A stretch of 64,000 nt of DNA, taken from the IMG/VR virus record IMGVR_UViG_3300035696_000044, positions 39 to 64,038 of that record; one strand, 5' to 3'. This document shows, piece by piece, positions 18,516 to 28,506 of the stretch. The position numbers and the translations under genes were made by a program. The stretch is from a virus (taxonomy: Duplodnaviria; Caudoviricetes). The notes under the pieces are model-generated. The model was given only the letters and a program-made list of their open reading frames with translations. It did no database searches and was not told the DNA's origin. Position 1 is the first letter of the stretch. Each line of letters starts with the position of its first letter.

Positions 18516-19476
18516 CATGTGCCAAGCTGGTATCCAGATTGAGATCACCAACCACTGCCACAACAAGTGCAGCAACTGTACACGGCTGGTTGGCCACCAC
18601 AAGAAGCCGTATTTCATGGAGGTGGCGTATTTCAAGTCCTGTGTGGACTCCATGTACGGGGGCGGTAAAGGCTCCAAGACGTACTGGCCAGGGATAGTCG
18701 GCTTCCTCGGTGGCGAACCCCTGCTGCACCCGGAGTTTACCAAGCTCTGTGAGTATGCCGCAGGGAAATTCCCCAAGGAACAGCTCGGGCTGTGGACGTG
18801 TATGCCCACCGGGTTCGAGCACTACCGCGAGGTAATCTGCAACACGTTCGCCCACATCTTCATCAACGACCACACACGCACCGATGTCCTCCATACGCCG
18901 ATCCTCGTTCACCCTTCGTCCATCGGGCTGGAGCCCTGGCAAGTGTCCTACGTTCAGGACAAGTGCTGGGTGCAGAACAGTTGGTCGGCGACGATGAATA
19001 CACGAGGGGCATTCTTCTGCGAGGTGGCCGGGGCGTTGTGTATGTTGACGGGAGAGGGTCGAGGGTGGAAGGTCGAGCCGGGCTGGTGGCAGAAGTCTCC
19101 TCGCCACTTCACCACCCAGATAGACAAGTTCTGCTCCATGTGCGGGGCGGCGTTCCCCATGATACGCCGTGAGAGCGTGCAGGGGATTGATGATGTATGC
19201 CCGTGGTGGGAGGGGAGGTTGAAGGCGCTGGGTTCTCCCAAATACAAGGCCGGTCGCACGACTGCGGCCAACCTCACCCTCACCCAGGATACCCGCCAAA
19301 CCGCCACGTATAAGGATATGGATTACCGTGAGGGTGTTGCAAGAAGGTACGGTATCTTCCTGCTAACGAACGCTCAGGGTTATTGTCAACCCTATCTACG
19401 AAAAGCGTGGGACAAGGCCAAGGAAGAACAACGCCAGTCGGTCCCGCTGCTGTCCAGGTTGAAAGGAGATTACTGA
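18499..19476 (+). CDS. Radical SAM protein with additional C-terminal Cys motifs
   Basis: EITNHCHNKCSNC (CxxxCxxC), GGEPLLHP, later CWVQNSWS, FFCE and FCSMCG. Confidence 0.85.
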   Translation: MRPLPDMCQAGIQIEITNHCHNKCSNCTRLVGHHKKPYFMEVAYFKSCVDSMYGGGKGSKTYWPGIVGFLGGEPLLHPEFTKLCEYAAGKFPKEQLGLWTCMPTGFEHYREVICNTFAHIFINDHTRTDVLHTPILVHPSSIGLEPWQVSYVQDKCWVQNSWSATMNTRGAFFCEVAGALCMLTGEGRGWKVEPGWWQKSPRHFTTQIDKFCSMCGAAFPMIRRESVQGIDDVCPWWEGRLKALGSPKYKAGRTTAANLTLTQDTRQTATYKDMDYREGVARRYGIFLLTNAQGYCQPYLRKAWDKAKEEQRQSVPLLSRLKGDY

Positions 19477-19625
19477 TGGCGAAGAAGAAAGGTGGACCAG
19501 GCAAAGTTGGAAAGGGCTATGGCAAAGGCCGTGGCAAGAAGAAGTCCAAGACCGGTAGCATTACCGGCAATACCGCATACGGTGGCTACGTCGGGGGGAA
19601 GATCCCCTTGACCAAAGGTAGCTGA
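19476..19625 (+). CDS. Lys/Gly-rich mini-protein (49 aa)
   Basis: TGATG coupling to the radical SAM stop; MAKKKGGPGKVGKGYGKGRGKKK. Confidence 0.6.
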   Translation: MAKKKGGPGKVGKGYGKGRGKKKSKTGSITGNTAYGGYVGGKIPLTKGS

Positions 19626-19635
19626 GGAGGGGGAG

Positions 19636-19770
19636 ATGGCGAACGCTAAGGACAAGAAGACCAAGTCCAAACATGCCAAGAAGAAGAAGACGTCCATGGG
19701 CAAGAATCTCCTTGGCCCTACCCTTAAGATAGCCTCCAGTGGTAAGTCCGGTGGCAAGGGGGCTAAGTAA
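19636..19770 (+). CDS. Lys-rich mini-protein (44 aa, not in ORF track)
   Basis: GAGGAGG RBS; MANAKDKKTKSKHAKKKK... Confidence 0.6.
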   Translation: MANAKDKKTKSKHAKKKKTSMGKNLLGPTLKIASSGKSGGKGAK

Positions 19771-19781
19771 AGGAGGCTGAT

Positions 19782-19982
19782 GTGGACGAGTTCGATCCGG
19801 TAAAAGAGCTTGAGAAGAAGAAGCCACCGAAGATGCCGGGGGTGAAGAAGCCGAAGGTGAGCAAGCCCAAGGTAAAGAAGATCAAGATGCCCAAGGCCAA
19901 AACCCCAAAGGCTAAGAAGCCACGCACCCCCTCGATGGCCAACTTTGTCAAGCAACGCAACAGCCAGCTGTACGATTACTAA
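19782..19982 (+). CDS. Lys/Pro-rich mini-protein (histone H1-like composition)
   Basis: AGGAGG RBS; KKPKVSKPKVKKIKMPKAKTPKAKK. Confidence 0.6.
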   Translation: MDEFDPVKELEKKKPPKMPGVKKPKVSKPKVKKIKMPKAKTPKAKKPRTPSMANFVKQRNSQLYDY

Positions 19983-20003
19983 CCTACCAAGGAGGACAGC
20001 ACG

Positions 20004-20537
20004 ATGCAACCAACAACGGCAGCATCCGGTGTGCAGGAGATAAGTCACTTCCCCTGCTGCCTTTACCACAAGTCCAAGACCCCGGTGGTGGTGAGGACCA
20101 AGAAGGAGATGGACGAAATGTTCAAGCTGGGGTACTCGATGAGCCCGAGCGGTGTGACACAGGAAGAGATCCTGATGGAGCAACGTAAGAAGCTCATAGC
20201 AGAGTTGGCCCAGGTGGACGAGGATCTGGCAGCCATACGCGGGGTGGATGTTGAGGATGGGGTAGAGGAAGAAGCTGCACCCGAGGACGACACCGAAGAC
20301 GAGCCAGTGAATATGCTTAAGGGGTTCGAGGGGGGAGTGCCAGTAGCGGTGACACCAACACCGGCCCCTAAGCCTGCCTCACCCCCTCCCCGCCCCATCG
20401 ACCCCGACTCCACCCCCGTGGGCAAGCTCCCGATAAATCAGAAAGCAGCATGGGCGGTGGCCAGGCGTATGGCCAACGAGAAGGGTGGGAAGGTATCGGA
20501 CCACCTGGCTGCTGCATGGGCCGAGATCAAAGCGTAG
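20004..20537 (+). CDS. Hypothetical phage protein
   Basis: FPCCLYH motif; acidic/Pro-rich linker. Confidence 0.6.
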   Translation: MQPTTAASGVQEISHFPCCLYHKSKTPVVVRTKKEMDEMFKLGYSMSPSGVTQEEILMEQRKKLIAELAQVDEDLAAIRGVDVEDGVEEEAAPEDDTEDEPVNMLKGFEGGVPVAVTPTPAPKPASPPPRPIDPDSTPVGKLPINQKAAWAVARRMANEKGGKVSDHLAAAWAEIKA

Positions 20538-20568
20538 GACTTAGGGGAGGACCCTAGGAGAGCCCAAT

Positions 20569-21315
20569 ATGCAACTGAAAGTACAAGACATCATCTTCCT
20601 TGCTATGAGCGAATGCGGGGCGGTCAGGATAAACGAAGTACCTGCCCCGTACGAACTCATACGAGGGATTCAGATAGCCAACGTAATGTTGGATAGATGG
20701 AGCGGGGAGAGGCTGATGCTGCGGACATCGGTGCAGACAGCCTTCCCCCTCACTGCCGGTGTTGAGAGTTATACCATAGGGACCGGTCAGACGTTCAACA
20801 CAGCCAAACCCCTCTCCATTCAAGGTGCCTTCATCCGTGATAACTACGGCATCGACACCCCGGTCGAGATAGTCAGCCGGGATAGGTTCGACAGCTACCC
20901 GGATAAGTCAATATCCAATGCTCGACCAATATCGCTATTCTACGACCCAGGTGTGGCACAGCAAACATCCCCAGGAGTCGGCACTATCTGGGTCTACTAC
21001 ACCCCCGACTCCTACACCCCCTACGTCCTCTACATGGATCTCGACACCTACCTTACCGAGTTCAACCTCCCTACCGACGTTGTTACCTTTGAACCTGTCT
21101 ACTACGATGCCATCGTCAGCAACCTGGCTGTGAGGATGTTCAGGCATTTCCATAGCCCCAAGGTGCCCATACCGCCCGATATGGTGGACAGGGCCGAGTC
21201 GAGTAAGAGGATGGTGAAGGCGTTGAACAGTAGGCCGATTACGGCGGGGATGGACATACCGGGGAAGGCCATAGGGCTTTATAACATTTATACAGGCCAG
21301 GTCAATGAATACTAG
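20569..21315 (+). CDS. Head-tail connector (P22 gp4-like)
   Basis: ANVMLDRWS, YTIGTG, YYDAIVSNLAVRM; position. Confidence 0.7.
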   Translation: MQLKVQDIIFLAMSECGAVRINEVPAPYELIRGIQIANVMLDRWSGERLMLRTSVQTAFPLTAGVESYTIGTGQTFNTAKPLSIQGAFIRDNYGIDTPVEIVSRDRFDSYPDKSISNARPISLFYDPGVAQQTSPGVGTIWVYYTPDSYTPYVLYMDLDTYLTEFNLPTDVVTFEPVYYDAIVSNLAVRMFRHFHSPKVPIPPDMVDRAESSKRMVKALNSRPITAGMDIPGKAIGLYNIYTGQVNEY

Positions 21316-21324
21316 CATTTAGAC

Positions 21325-21353
21325 TTGACACGCTCATTGGTTTAAGCTATCCT
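21325..21353 (+). promoter_or_regulatory. sigma70-like promoter of an HNH gene
   Basis: TTGACA-17 nt-TATCCT. Confidence 0.55.
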
Positions 21354-21389
21354 GATTTCAACCAAAACCAAACAGGAGGGGGTAAACTT

Positions 21390-21995
21390 ATGAGCAGGCA
21401 GTGGCTAGACCTTACTGGACAAAAATTTGGAAAGTTGAAGGCAATAAGGTTCACAGGGGACTCCAAGTGCAGAAAAAGGGTGTGGTTATGTAGGTGTGAG
21501 TGTGGCAATGAGGTGTTGGTGAAGAGTGATTCTCTACGCAGTGGGAACACAAAAAGTTGTGGGTGCTCCAGGCGTACCCAAGGAGGGATCAGCGCAGGAC
21601 CGGAGTACCGATGTTGGCACTATATGATGGAGCGGTGCGGTGATCCCGATTCCCAATACTACAAGAACTATGGTGGTAGGGGAATAACGGTATGCAACCG
21701 ATGGCACAAGTTTGAGAACTTCTTTGAAGATATGGGCAAGAGACCATCCTCGGACTACAGCATCGAGCGAATCAACAACGACAAAGGTTATAGCCCTGAC
21801 AACTGCAAGTGGGCTACCAGAGTTGAGCAGTGCAACAACAGAAGAAGCAGTGTTCGGATTCAGGATGGGGATGAAGTAACTACCATAGCCCAGTATGCCA
21901 GGAAGCACGACATGTCTCGATCAGCTGTCTACCGCTTAATATGGAGAGACCAGATTCAGTTGGTTAGCAACCCATACAACAGGATCAGGAGGTAA
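21390..21995 (+). CDS. Free-standing HNH-family homing endonuclease
   Basis: DLTGQKFGKL, WLCRCECG, YGGRGITVC, SIERINNDKGYSPDNCKWAT. Confidence 0.85.
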   Translation: MSRQWLDLTGQKFGKLKAIRFTGDSKCRKRVWLCRCECGNEVLVKSDSLRSGNTKSCGCSRRTQGGISAGPEYRCWHYMMERCGDPDSQYYKNYGGRGITVCNRWHKFENFFEDMGKRPSSDYSIERINNDKGYSPDNCKWATRVEQCNNRRSSVRIQDGDEVTTIAQYARKHDMSRSAVYRLIWRDQIQLVSNPYNRIRR

Positions 21996-21999
21996 CCCG

Positions 22000-23472
22000 T
22001 TGCATGTACAATTCCTAGGCCCTACCTACTACGGTCGCAGCAATGCCCTGGACCCCAGCCGATGTATCAACCTCTATCCCGAGATCAACCCCAACCCCGC
22101 TGGTAAGGCCCAGATCAGCCTGGTAGGCACACCGGGGACATCGGTGTTGTTCGACTGTGGGGCGGCACCGGTAAGGGCGTTGTACGTCTTTGGAGGTGTG
22201 TTGTACGCCGTGGCCGGGGACCAGTTCATATCCTGGATAGCGGGCAACGTGACCGTGCTGGGTACCCTTGCCACCACCACCGGTAACGTCTACATCGCCG
22301 ACAACGGGATATCCATTGCTGGTGTGGGTGGCAACCAGATGATGATCGTGGACGGGGTGGAGGGGTACATGTGGAATGTTGGGACCAACACCTTCACCAC
22401 ACTCAGCCTTCCTGCCTCACCCAACAGCCTTGCATACTCCGGTGGGTATTTCATCATATCATGTGGCACCCGCATGTCGGTCTACGTCAGCAATCTGTAT
22501 GATTGTTCCACGTGGAGTGGGCTGGCCGTGGGGAACGCCATCCAGTCCACCAGTGACGTTGTGGCCCTGGCAGCATACGACCAGCTCCTGATGATCTTCA
22601 AGTCGGACAGTGCCGAGCCTTGGTACGATGCAGGGACGCCACCAACGAGCCTAGGCTGCCCGTTCGCCTTCTACTCCGGTATGCCGATCAACTACGGTGT
22701 GGTAGCGGCTGGGTCGGTAGCGCAAGGTGGGGACTATCTGTATGCGCTGGGAGGGGATGGGAGTGGGGTGGATGTCATTGGCTTCTCCGGCTACACCCCG
22801 ACCAAGCTCCTGCCTCCTGCCCTTTCCTACCGCATCAACCAGATGCCTGTGGTCAGCGATGCCATTGGCTTCACCTACTCCGACTCCGGCCATGACTTCT
22901 ACGTGCTGTCCTTCCCCACGGGGAATGCTACGTTTGTGTTCGACTCCACCACCAAGATGTGGCACGAGAGATCGACGTATGCGGCGACGGCGGACAGGAG
23001 GAGCCCGAACCGGCACCTGGCCAACTGCTACACCTACTACAACGGTCAGCATCTTGTGGGGGACTACCGCACCGGGGCCGTGGCCGTGATGAGGAATACT
23101 GTATATACCGACCTGGGGTCTCCGTTGATCCGAACACGTATTGCCCCAATCCTGCCCGATAAGCAAGACCGCCGTGATTTGTTCTTCTACGAGTTCGAGG
23201 TGGAGGCGGAGGTGGGGGTGATGCAGGGGGTGACAGCGACGGACCCAACAACAGGGGGACCGCTGACCCCACAGGCGTCGTTGTCGTGGAGTATTGATGG
23301 GGGAGTGACCTGGAGCAATGAGTATATCGTCAGCATGGGGGCGGTGGGGCAGACGATGACAAGGATTGTGTGGAGGAGGGTGGGGTATAGTTTCAATATG
23401 GTATTCGACCTTACGATATCCGACCCGGTGCCGGTGGTGCTGGTGGATACGTTTGCCGATGTTAGTGAGTAA
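22000..23472 (+). CDS. Tail hub / DNA stabilization protein (P22 gp10-like)
   Basis: RCINLYPE, LVGTPG, GHDFYVLSFP, TFVFDSTTKMWHER, WSIDGGVTWS, WRRVG. Confidence 0.85.
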   Translation: MHVQFLGPTYYGRSNALDPSRCINLYPEINPNPAGKAQISLVGTPGTSVLFDCGAAPVRALYVFGGVLYAVAGDQFISWIAGNVTVLGTLATTTGNVYIADNGISIAGVGGNQMMIVDGVEGYMWNVGTNTFTTLSLPASPNSLAYSGGYFIISCGTRMSVYVSNLYDCSTWSGLAVGNAIQSTSDVVALAAYDQLLMIFKSDSAEPWYDAGTPPTSLGCPFAFYSGMPINYGVVAAGSVAQGGDYLYALGGDGSGVDVIGFSGYTPTKLLPPALSYRINQMPVVSDAIGFTYSDSGHDFYVLSFPTGNATFVFDSTTKMWHERSTYAATADRRSPNRHLANCYTYYNGQHLVGDYRTGAVAVMRNTVYTDLGSPLIRTRIAPILPDKQDRRDLFFYEFEVEAEVGVMQGVTATDPTTGGPLTPQASLSWSIDGGVTWSNEYIVSMGAVGQTMTRIVWRRVGYSFNMVFDLTISDPVPVVLVDTFADVSE

Positions 23473-23503
23473 TGGGCAGCACACCCATCCGTTGGAGGAC
23501 GAG

Positions 23504-23980
23504 ATGATAATGCTGAAAGAGTTCGATAGAGGGGATTGGGGAGGGATGTACAGGATTGCCCGAGCCTACGAGCCCTTTGCCGAATCGGTTACACCGGAGC
23601 AGTTCAACCTGGTAGTGGCAAGGCAGGAGGGGTGGTTGGTGGCAGATGGGGATGAGTTGGCCGGGTATGTGTCGCTGTCCGACTTCCGCCCTCTGCATTC
23701 GGTCATACTCCATGCAACGATACGACCGGAGTACCATAGTCGATGGATCACCAAGTCGGTGCTCGGTACCGTCTTCGGTCATCTATTCCATCCTGACCGG
23801 TTGGACCTGGTAAAGGTCTACTCCTACGCCGTCTACGGTGTGACGTACGCAGCGGCAAAGGCACTGGACCAGATGGGGTTTAAGAGGATCGGGGTCGACC
23901 GTAAAGGGCTGATGGTCGGTGGCCAGTGCTACGACACCATCCGATACGAGATGCTGAGGGAGGAATGCCCATATGTTTGA
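23504..23980 (+). CDS. GNAT-like acetyltransferase
   Basis: LHATIRPEYHSRWI...AAAKALDQMGFKRIG...YEMLREE RimJ-like layout. Confidence 0.7.
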   Translation: MIMLKEFDRGDWGGMYRIARAYEPFAESVTPEQFNLVVARQEGWLVADGDELAGYVSLSDFRPLHSVILHATIRPEYHSRWITKSVLGTVFGHLFHPDRLDLVKVYSYAVYGVTYAAAKALDQMGFKRIGVDRKGLMVGGQCYDTIRYEMLREECPYV

Positions 23981-24983
23981 GCCCACAGCACCGGCGATAA
24001 CCCTTTGCTTCTATCCTGCCCCGGTCCACTGGAACGCAGGGATTGCTCAACTATCTTCCATGCTTAAGTCCTGGGGGATCAACGTACACTTGGCAATGCT
24101 GGACTGGTTCAAGCCAGAGGAGTTCACCCCGACCACAGACATGGTTGGGTTCTCAGCTGTGTGTGAGGGGGACTATATACTAAGCCTGCCTTACATACGC
24201 AGGGCTAAGGCGCTAGGAAAGACCACCATACTCGGGGGCACCTGGGCAGGGCTCAATAGACCAGTGGATCGTTCAGTCGACCTGGTATGCCGTGGTGACG
24301 GAGAGAGTCTACCCCAGTTCATCCTGGGGGGAGATCAAGGGCTGTTCGAGTCGTCCATGGTCGTGCCCGACTTGAACAGTCTCCCCCTGCAGGATTATGA
24401 GGTGTTCAGTGGTGTGGAGTTTGACAGGGCGTTGGGGCCAATGGCGGGGAAGAAGCTGTTGCCGTATGTGAGCAGCAGAGGGTGCAATGCCGGGTGCAGG
24501 TTCTGCCAAGCCCGTCTGCAACCCCCACGCAGGGTGAGGACGAGGGTGGAGGAAGACCTCACCGAGGTGCTGTCCACCTACCGTCCCGATGCCATCTACT
24601 TCGCCGATGCCACCATGCCCTACGATGACGAGGGGTGGAGAGAGTCTTGGGGGGAGTTGAGGGTGCCGTTCTGTGGCTACATACGGGCGGATATCGAACC
24701 GGATACGCTCTTGTGGTTGATTGATCGCGGCCTGACCCTGTGTGCGTTTGGCGTAGAGAGCGGGGATGAGGAGTACCGGAATACCGTTCTTGGCAAACGC
24801 CTCACCGACGATCAGATAATTACCACCACGTCCATACTCAATCGTAACGGCGTTCCCTACATAACTTTTTACATGACAGGTACACCGGGAGAGTCCTGGC
24901 TGGGCCTGACGCGTACCCTCAAAGCTACGAAGAGGTTCGGGGGGATACTGATGGTTTGGCAGTACCAGGATCTCACTAGCTAA
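23973..24983 (+). CDS. B12-binding radical SAM protein (class B-like)
   Basis: N-terminal DMVGFS...ILGG...VCRGDGE cobalamin domain; SSRGCNAGCRFC; FGVESG; MTGTPGE. Confidence 0.85.
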   Translation: MFEPTAPAITLCFYPAPVHWNAGIAQLSSMLKSWGINVHLAMLDWFKPEEFTPTTDMVGFSAVCEGDYILSLPYIRRAKALGKTTILGGTWAGLNRPVDRSVDLVCRGDGESLPQFILGGDQGLFESSMVVPDLNSLPLQDYEVFSGVEFDRALGPMAGKKLLPYVSSRGCNAGCRFCQARLQPPRRVRTRVEEDLTEVLSTYRPDAIYFADATMPYDDEGWRESWGELRVPFCGYIRADIEPDTLLWLIDRGLTLCAFGVESGDEEYRNTVLGKRLTDDQIITTTSILNRNGVPYITFYMTGTPGESWLGLTRTLKATKRFGGILMVWQYQDLTS

Positions 24984-24993
24984 GGAGAGCACC

Positions 24994-25869
24994 ATGGGTG
25001 CATCAACAGCAGCCATAATAGGTGGAGTAGCCGCTGGGGCGGGATCAATGGCAGGGGGGCTGTTTGGAGCATCAGGAGCCGAACAAGCTGCCAGTACAGC
25101 AGCCAGCGCCCAAGAGTACGCCACCAATACCCAGTACAAGATGTTCGAGGAGGCCCTGAATCTCCAGATGCCCCAGATCAAACAGGGGCAGACAGCGATG
25201 GGGTTGCAGGACTACCTGCTGGGGATAGGCAAGATGCCGAGTGGGGTGGATGCAGGAGCGTTGAAGGCGGGGGGATATAGTGAGGGGTCGCTGCTGAAGC
25301 CCTTCACCGCTGAACAGATGTACCAAGACCCAGGTTATCAGTTCCGTCTCAAGACCTCCGAGGATTCTCTGAAGTCGGCAGCGGCGGCGAGTGGAACGTA
25401 TGGGAGCGGTACGATGGCAGCCTCACTACAGAACCTTGCCGGGAACTTGGCATCGTCTGAGTACGGGGCGGCGTACGGAAGGTACATGGAGCCGTTCTCA
25501 CTGCTCGGGGGGATGTCCGGGCTGGGGGCGAATGCTTCGTCCCAGGCAGCCAGCTTGTCCCAGGCGACGGGTGGGCAGATGGCGAGTACGATTATGGAGG
25601 GTGGCCAACTCCAAGCTGGCTATGAGAATCTGGCGATGAACATGCTAGGCAGATCAGTCACTGGGGGCAGCAACCTGCTGGCTGGTGGTCTGGCCAACTA
25701 CGCCGGGGTCACCGGTACGCAGGGGCTACTGGGCAACCTGCTGAGTGGGATGTTTGGTGGCCAGGGCTCTCTTACTACTCTGGGCAACCCCGACGCCTAC
25801 ACCCTTCCGGGTACCACGAACACGATGCCTTTCACCATGCCCAGTGCCGGTAGCATCTTCGACTATTAG
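24994..25869 (+). CDS. Ejection (DNA transfer) protein, gp7-like
   Basis: Gly/Ala-rich; QDPGYQFRL, LASSEYGAAYGRY. Confidence 0.75.
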   Translation: MGASTAAIIGGVAAGAGSMAGGLFGASGAEQAASTAASAQEYATNTQYKMFEEALNLQMPQIKQGQTAMGLQDYLLGIGKMPSGVDAGALKAGGYSEGSLLKPFTAEQMYQDPGYQFRLKTSEDSLKSAAAASGTYGSGTMAASLQNLAGNLASSEYGAAYGRYMEPFSLLGGMSGLGANASSQAASLSQATGGQMASTIMEGGQLQAGYENLAMNMLGRSVTGGSNLLAGGLANYAGVTGTQGLLGNLLSGMFGGQGSLTTLGNPDAYTLPGTTNTMPFTMPSAGSIFDY

Positions 25870-25878
25870 GAGACCCCC

Positions 25879-28506
25879 ATGCCCGACTACAACGACGACA
25901 ATCTGTTGACACAACTCCCAGGCAAACAAGGGCAGGATCAGGGCGGCTGGGACATCATGCCACACGGTGCAGGGATGACCCTGGCCACGATCTTGGGCCT
26001 CTACAACCCGGTCCAGGCTGCCCAGAACGCCTTGTCCCTGGCCACCCAGAAAGACGCCTATGATGAGCAGAGGATAAGGAACAGGGTGGAGTATACCCAG
26101 TTGAAGGAAGCAGGACTGTTGGGAGGAGGTGGGGGTACAGGGATGGGAGCAGGTGGAGCTGCCGGTGGCGGTGCCGGTATGCCTGCCATACCGCAGCTGG
26201 ACATGCCCCCTGAAGCCTCAGCACAGCCTGCCATACCCCAGCTAGGAGGCCAGGCCCCTCGCAACTACGCAGCCAACCCTCTCCATCCCAGCAGCGCCTA
26301 CCCACAGGTCCAAGCCCAAGCAGTACAGGCGGCGACAGCAGCGGGTATAGACCCCGATCTAGGTCTAGCCCTAGCCCAAGTAGAGTCCGACTTCAACCCC
26401 ATGGCAGTGTCACCCAAAGGTGCCAAGGGGGTTATGCAGCTAATGCCAGGGACAGCCCAGGGGCTCCACGTATCCGATCCGTTCAACGTAGCTCAGAACG
26501 TACCTGGTGGGATGCAATACTTTGCCGGGCTACTGAGACAATTCCACAACGATCCTGTAGCAGCCCTGGCAGCGTATAATGCAGGACCCGAGACGGTGAA
26601 GAGGGTGATGAGGCAGTATGGACCCCAGTGGAAGGACGCCCTTCCAGCCGAGACAAAGCTGCACATTGCAAGGGTTATGTCTTTGTACCAACAGCGCAAG
26701 ATTGCGGCGGCAGCGAAGGGTCAGGTGCAGCAACCTGGCCAACTCCAAGCCCCACCCCAGCCCAACCGCCTGGCCCCGGATACTTCCATGATGACGGCAC
26801 AGGCTGCACCGACCACTATGTCCGATGCCCCCATGTTCCCTACTGGTCAGCCTACCCAGGTGGCCCAAGCAGGAGGGATGGGTGGTGGAATGGGCGGTGC
26901 AGTGGGCCAACCTCAACCCCAGCCTCAGCCTGAACCCCCTCCCCCCACTTCCGGCCCTGAGTGGTCTCGCAACATCCCCATGCGCCCCGGTGCCACTGTC
27001 AACCCCACTGCCATGGCTATGGTCCCACAGATCGCAGCCAAGGTGAAGATGGACCAGTACGTCCAAGACTCTTGGGCGTACGATTTCATGAAGCAGCAAG
27101 TCCAGCCCGCTATCGCCCGGTTCAACAAATCCGGCAGCAATGCGGCCAAGAACAAGTGGATCGACACCGTGGCTGCACCGGCACTATTCGACCCACGCAC
27201 CGGCCAACTGAAGGACCCGAGGACGGCCGAGGCAGCGAGGCAGCTGGTGGCGTTGCGTAATGCCGATGTCTCCGGTGACGCCGACGAATACACCATCAAG
27301 GGCCGCATCACCCCATCCTACTTCTCCGCTGCCCAATCCTTCAATCAGCCCAAACCTGTCCTCGACTTCATCCAACAACATATGGGGGAGGAAGCCAAGG
27401 GGGTGAAGTTCAAGGGTGGGAAGCTGGTAGAAATGGACATGAAGTCGGCGGACGAGGCCAAGGCTGAGAAGTTTGGCCCCAACGCCGGACCATGGGGTGT
27501 GACCAGCGAAGGTCACCTGATCGTCCCAGACCCCAAGTCTGGTACACTGATCGACGATGCTACCAAGAAGCCCTGGACCCCGGATATGGGCATGATGTCG
27601 AGACCTGGTGCCACACCACCTATGATGTGGCAGGGTGGGCAGGCCGCAATGGCGGCTAAATCGGGTGAGGTAGCATCCCCCATGGATATCCTGAATGGAA
27701 TGGTCTCGGGACAGACCGCCATGGGTAAGGGCGCTCGTGCTGGCCAGATGCAAGCAGTCGTGGATGTCTTTACACCGATTGCCAAGATCCAGGGCCAGAT
27801 GTTGGTCAACGGAGAACTATCCACCGCCGAAATCCCGAACGCCTTTGGTATTCCCATGAAATCTCTGGCTGTAGGGGAGGCCAAGATGATCGACCCCAAG
27901 TATAATGCTTCTGTGATGGATGCCAAGGTCCACGCCATGGGTAGGACTTTGGACTACTCTGAAAAAACGCTTGTGCAAGCCCTATCCTACGCCGAGATGA
28001 CCGAACGTAACGCTTGGGTAGCCTCCTACCTCAGTGGTAAATCTGATCGTACTACTTCACCATTGGTCAACAAGTGGCTAGTCAACAAGTGGAAATCAGA
28101 GGTAACCGGAGACGAGGATCTACGCGCCTTCAACTCCGCCCTCTACACTTTCGTCAGTGACTACGCACGGGCTACAACCACCCTCACCGGTGCTGGTGGG
28201 GCCACCACTGATTCGGCCCGCAACGACCAGATGGAGAAGCTAAACACCTGTGACAACGAGGCAGCATTCAAGCATGTTATGGACCAAATGCACCAAGACC
28301 TAATGAACAAAGCCATTTCCATGGGCAACGCCGTAGATGCCACGTTGAAGTTCTGGAAAGACCCGGCAGGGATGGCAACTTTGATGGTTGGTAGACTGGG
28401 CGGGCAGGGAGTATCCGAGGCGACAATGCCTGGTGGGCGTAAGATCATATCCATAGATGGTGGGAATAAGTACTACTATGAAGACACCGCCGAGGAGGTT
28501 AGATAA
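25879..28506 (+). CDS. Ejection protein with lytic transglycosylase (SLT) domain
   Basis: ALAQVESDFNPMAVSPKGAKGVMQLMP...ALAAYNAG. Confidence 0.85.
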   Translation: MPDYNDDNLLTQLPGKQGQDQGGWDIMPHGAGMTLATILGLYNPVQAAQNALSLATQKDAYDEQRIRNRVEYTQLKEAGLLGGGGGTGMGAGGAAGGGAGMPAIPQLDMPPEASAQPAIPQLGGQAPRNYAANPLHPSSAYPQVQAQAVQAATAAGIDPDLGLALAQVESDFNPMAVSPKGAKGVMQLMPGTAQGLHVSDPFNVAQNVPGGMQYFAGLLRQFHNDPVAALAAYNAGPETVKRVMRQYGPQWKDALPAETKLHIARVMSLYQQRKIAAAAKGQVQQPGQLQAPPQPNRLAPDTSMMTAQAAPTTMSDAPMFPTGQPTQVAQAGGMGGGMGGAVGQPQPQPQPEPPPPTSGPEWSRNIPMRPGATVNPTAMAMVPQIAAKVKMDQYVQDSWAYDFMKQQVQPAIARFNKSGSNAAKNKWIDTVAAPALFDPRTGQLKDPRTAEAARQLVALRNADVSGDADEYTIKGRITPSYFSAAQSFNQPKPVLDFIQQHMGEEAKGVKFKGGKLVEMDMKSADEAKAEKFGPNAGPWGVTSEGHLIVPDPKSGTLIDDATKKPWTPDMGMMSRPGATPPMMWQGGQAAMAAKSGEVASPMDILNGMVSGQTAMGKGARAGQMQAVVDVFTPIAKIQGQMLVNGELSTAEIPNAFGIPMKSLAVGEAKMIDPKYNASVMDAKVHAMGRTLDYSEKTLVQALSYAEMTERNAWVASYLSGKSDRTTSPLVNKWLVNKWKSEVTGDEDLRAFNSALYTFVSDYARATTTLTGAGGATTDSARNDQMEKLNTCDNEAAFKHVMDQMHQDLMNKAISMGNAVDATLKFWKDPAGMATLMVGRLGGQGVSEATMPGGRKIISIDGGNKYYYEDTAEEVR

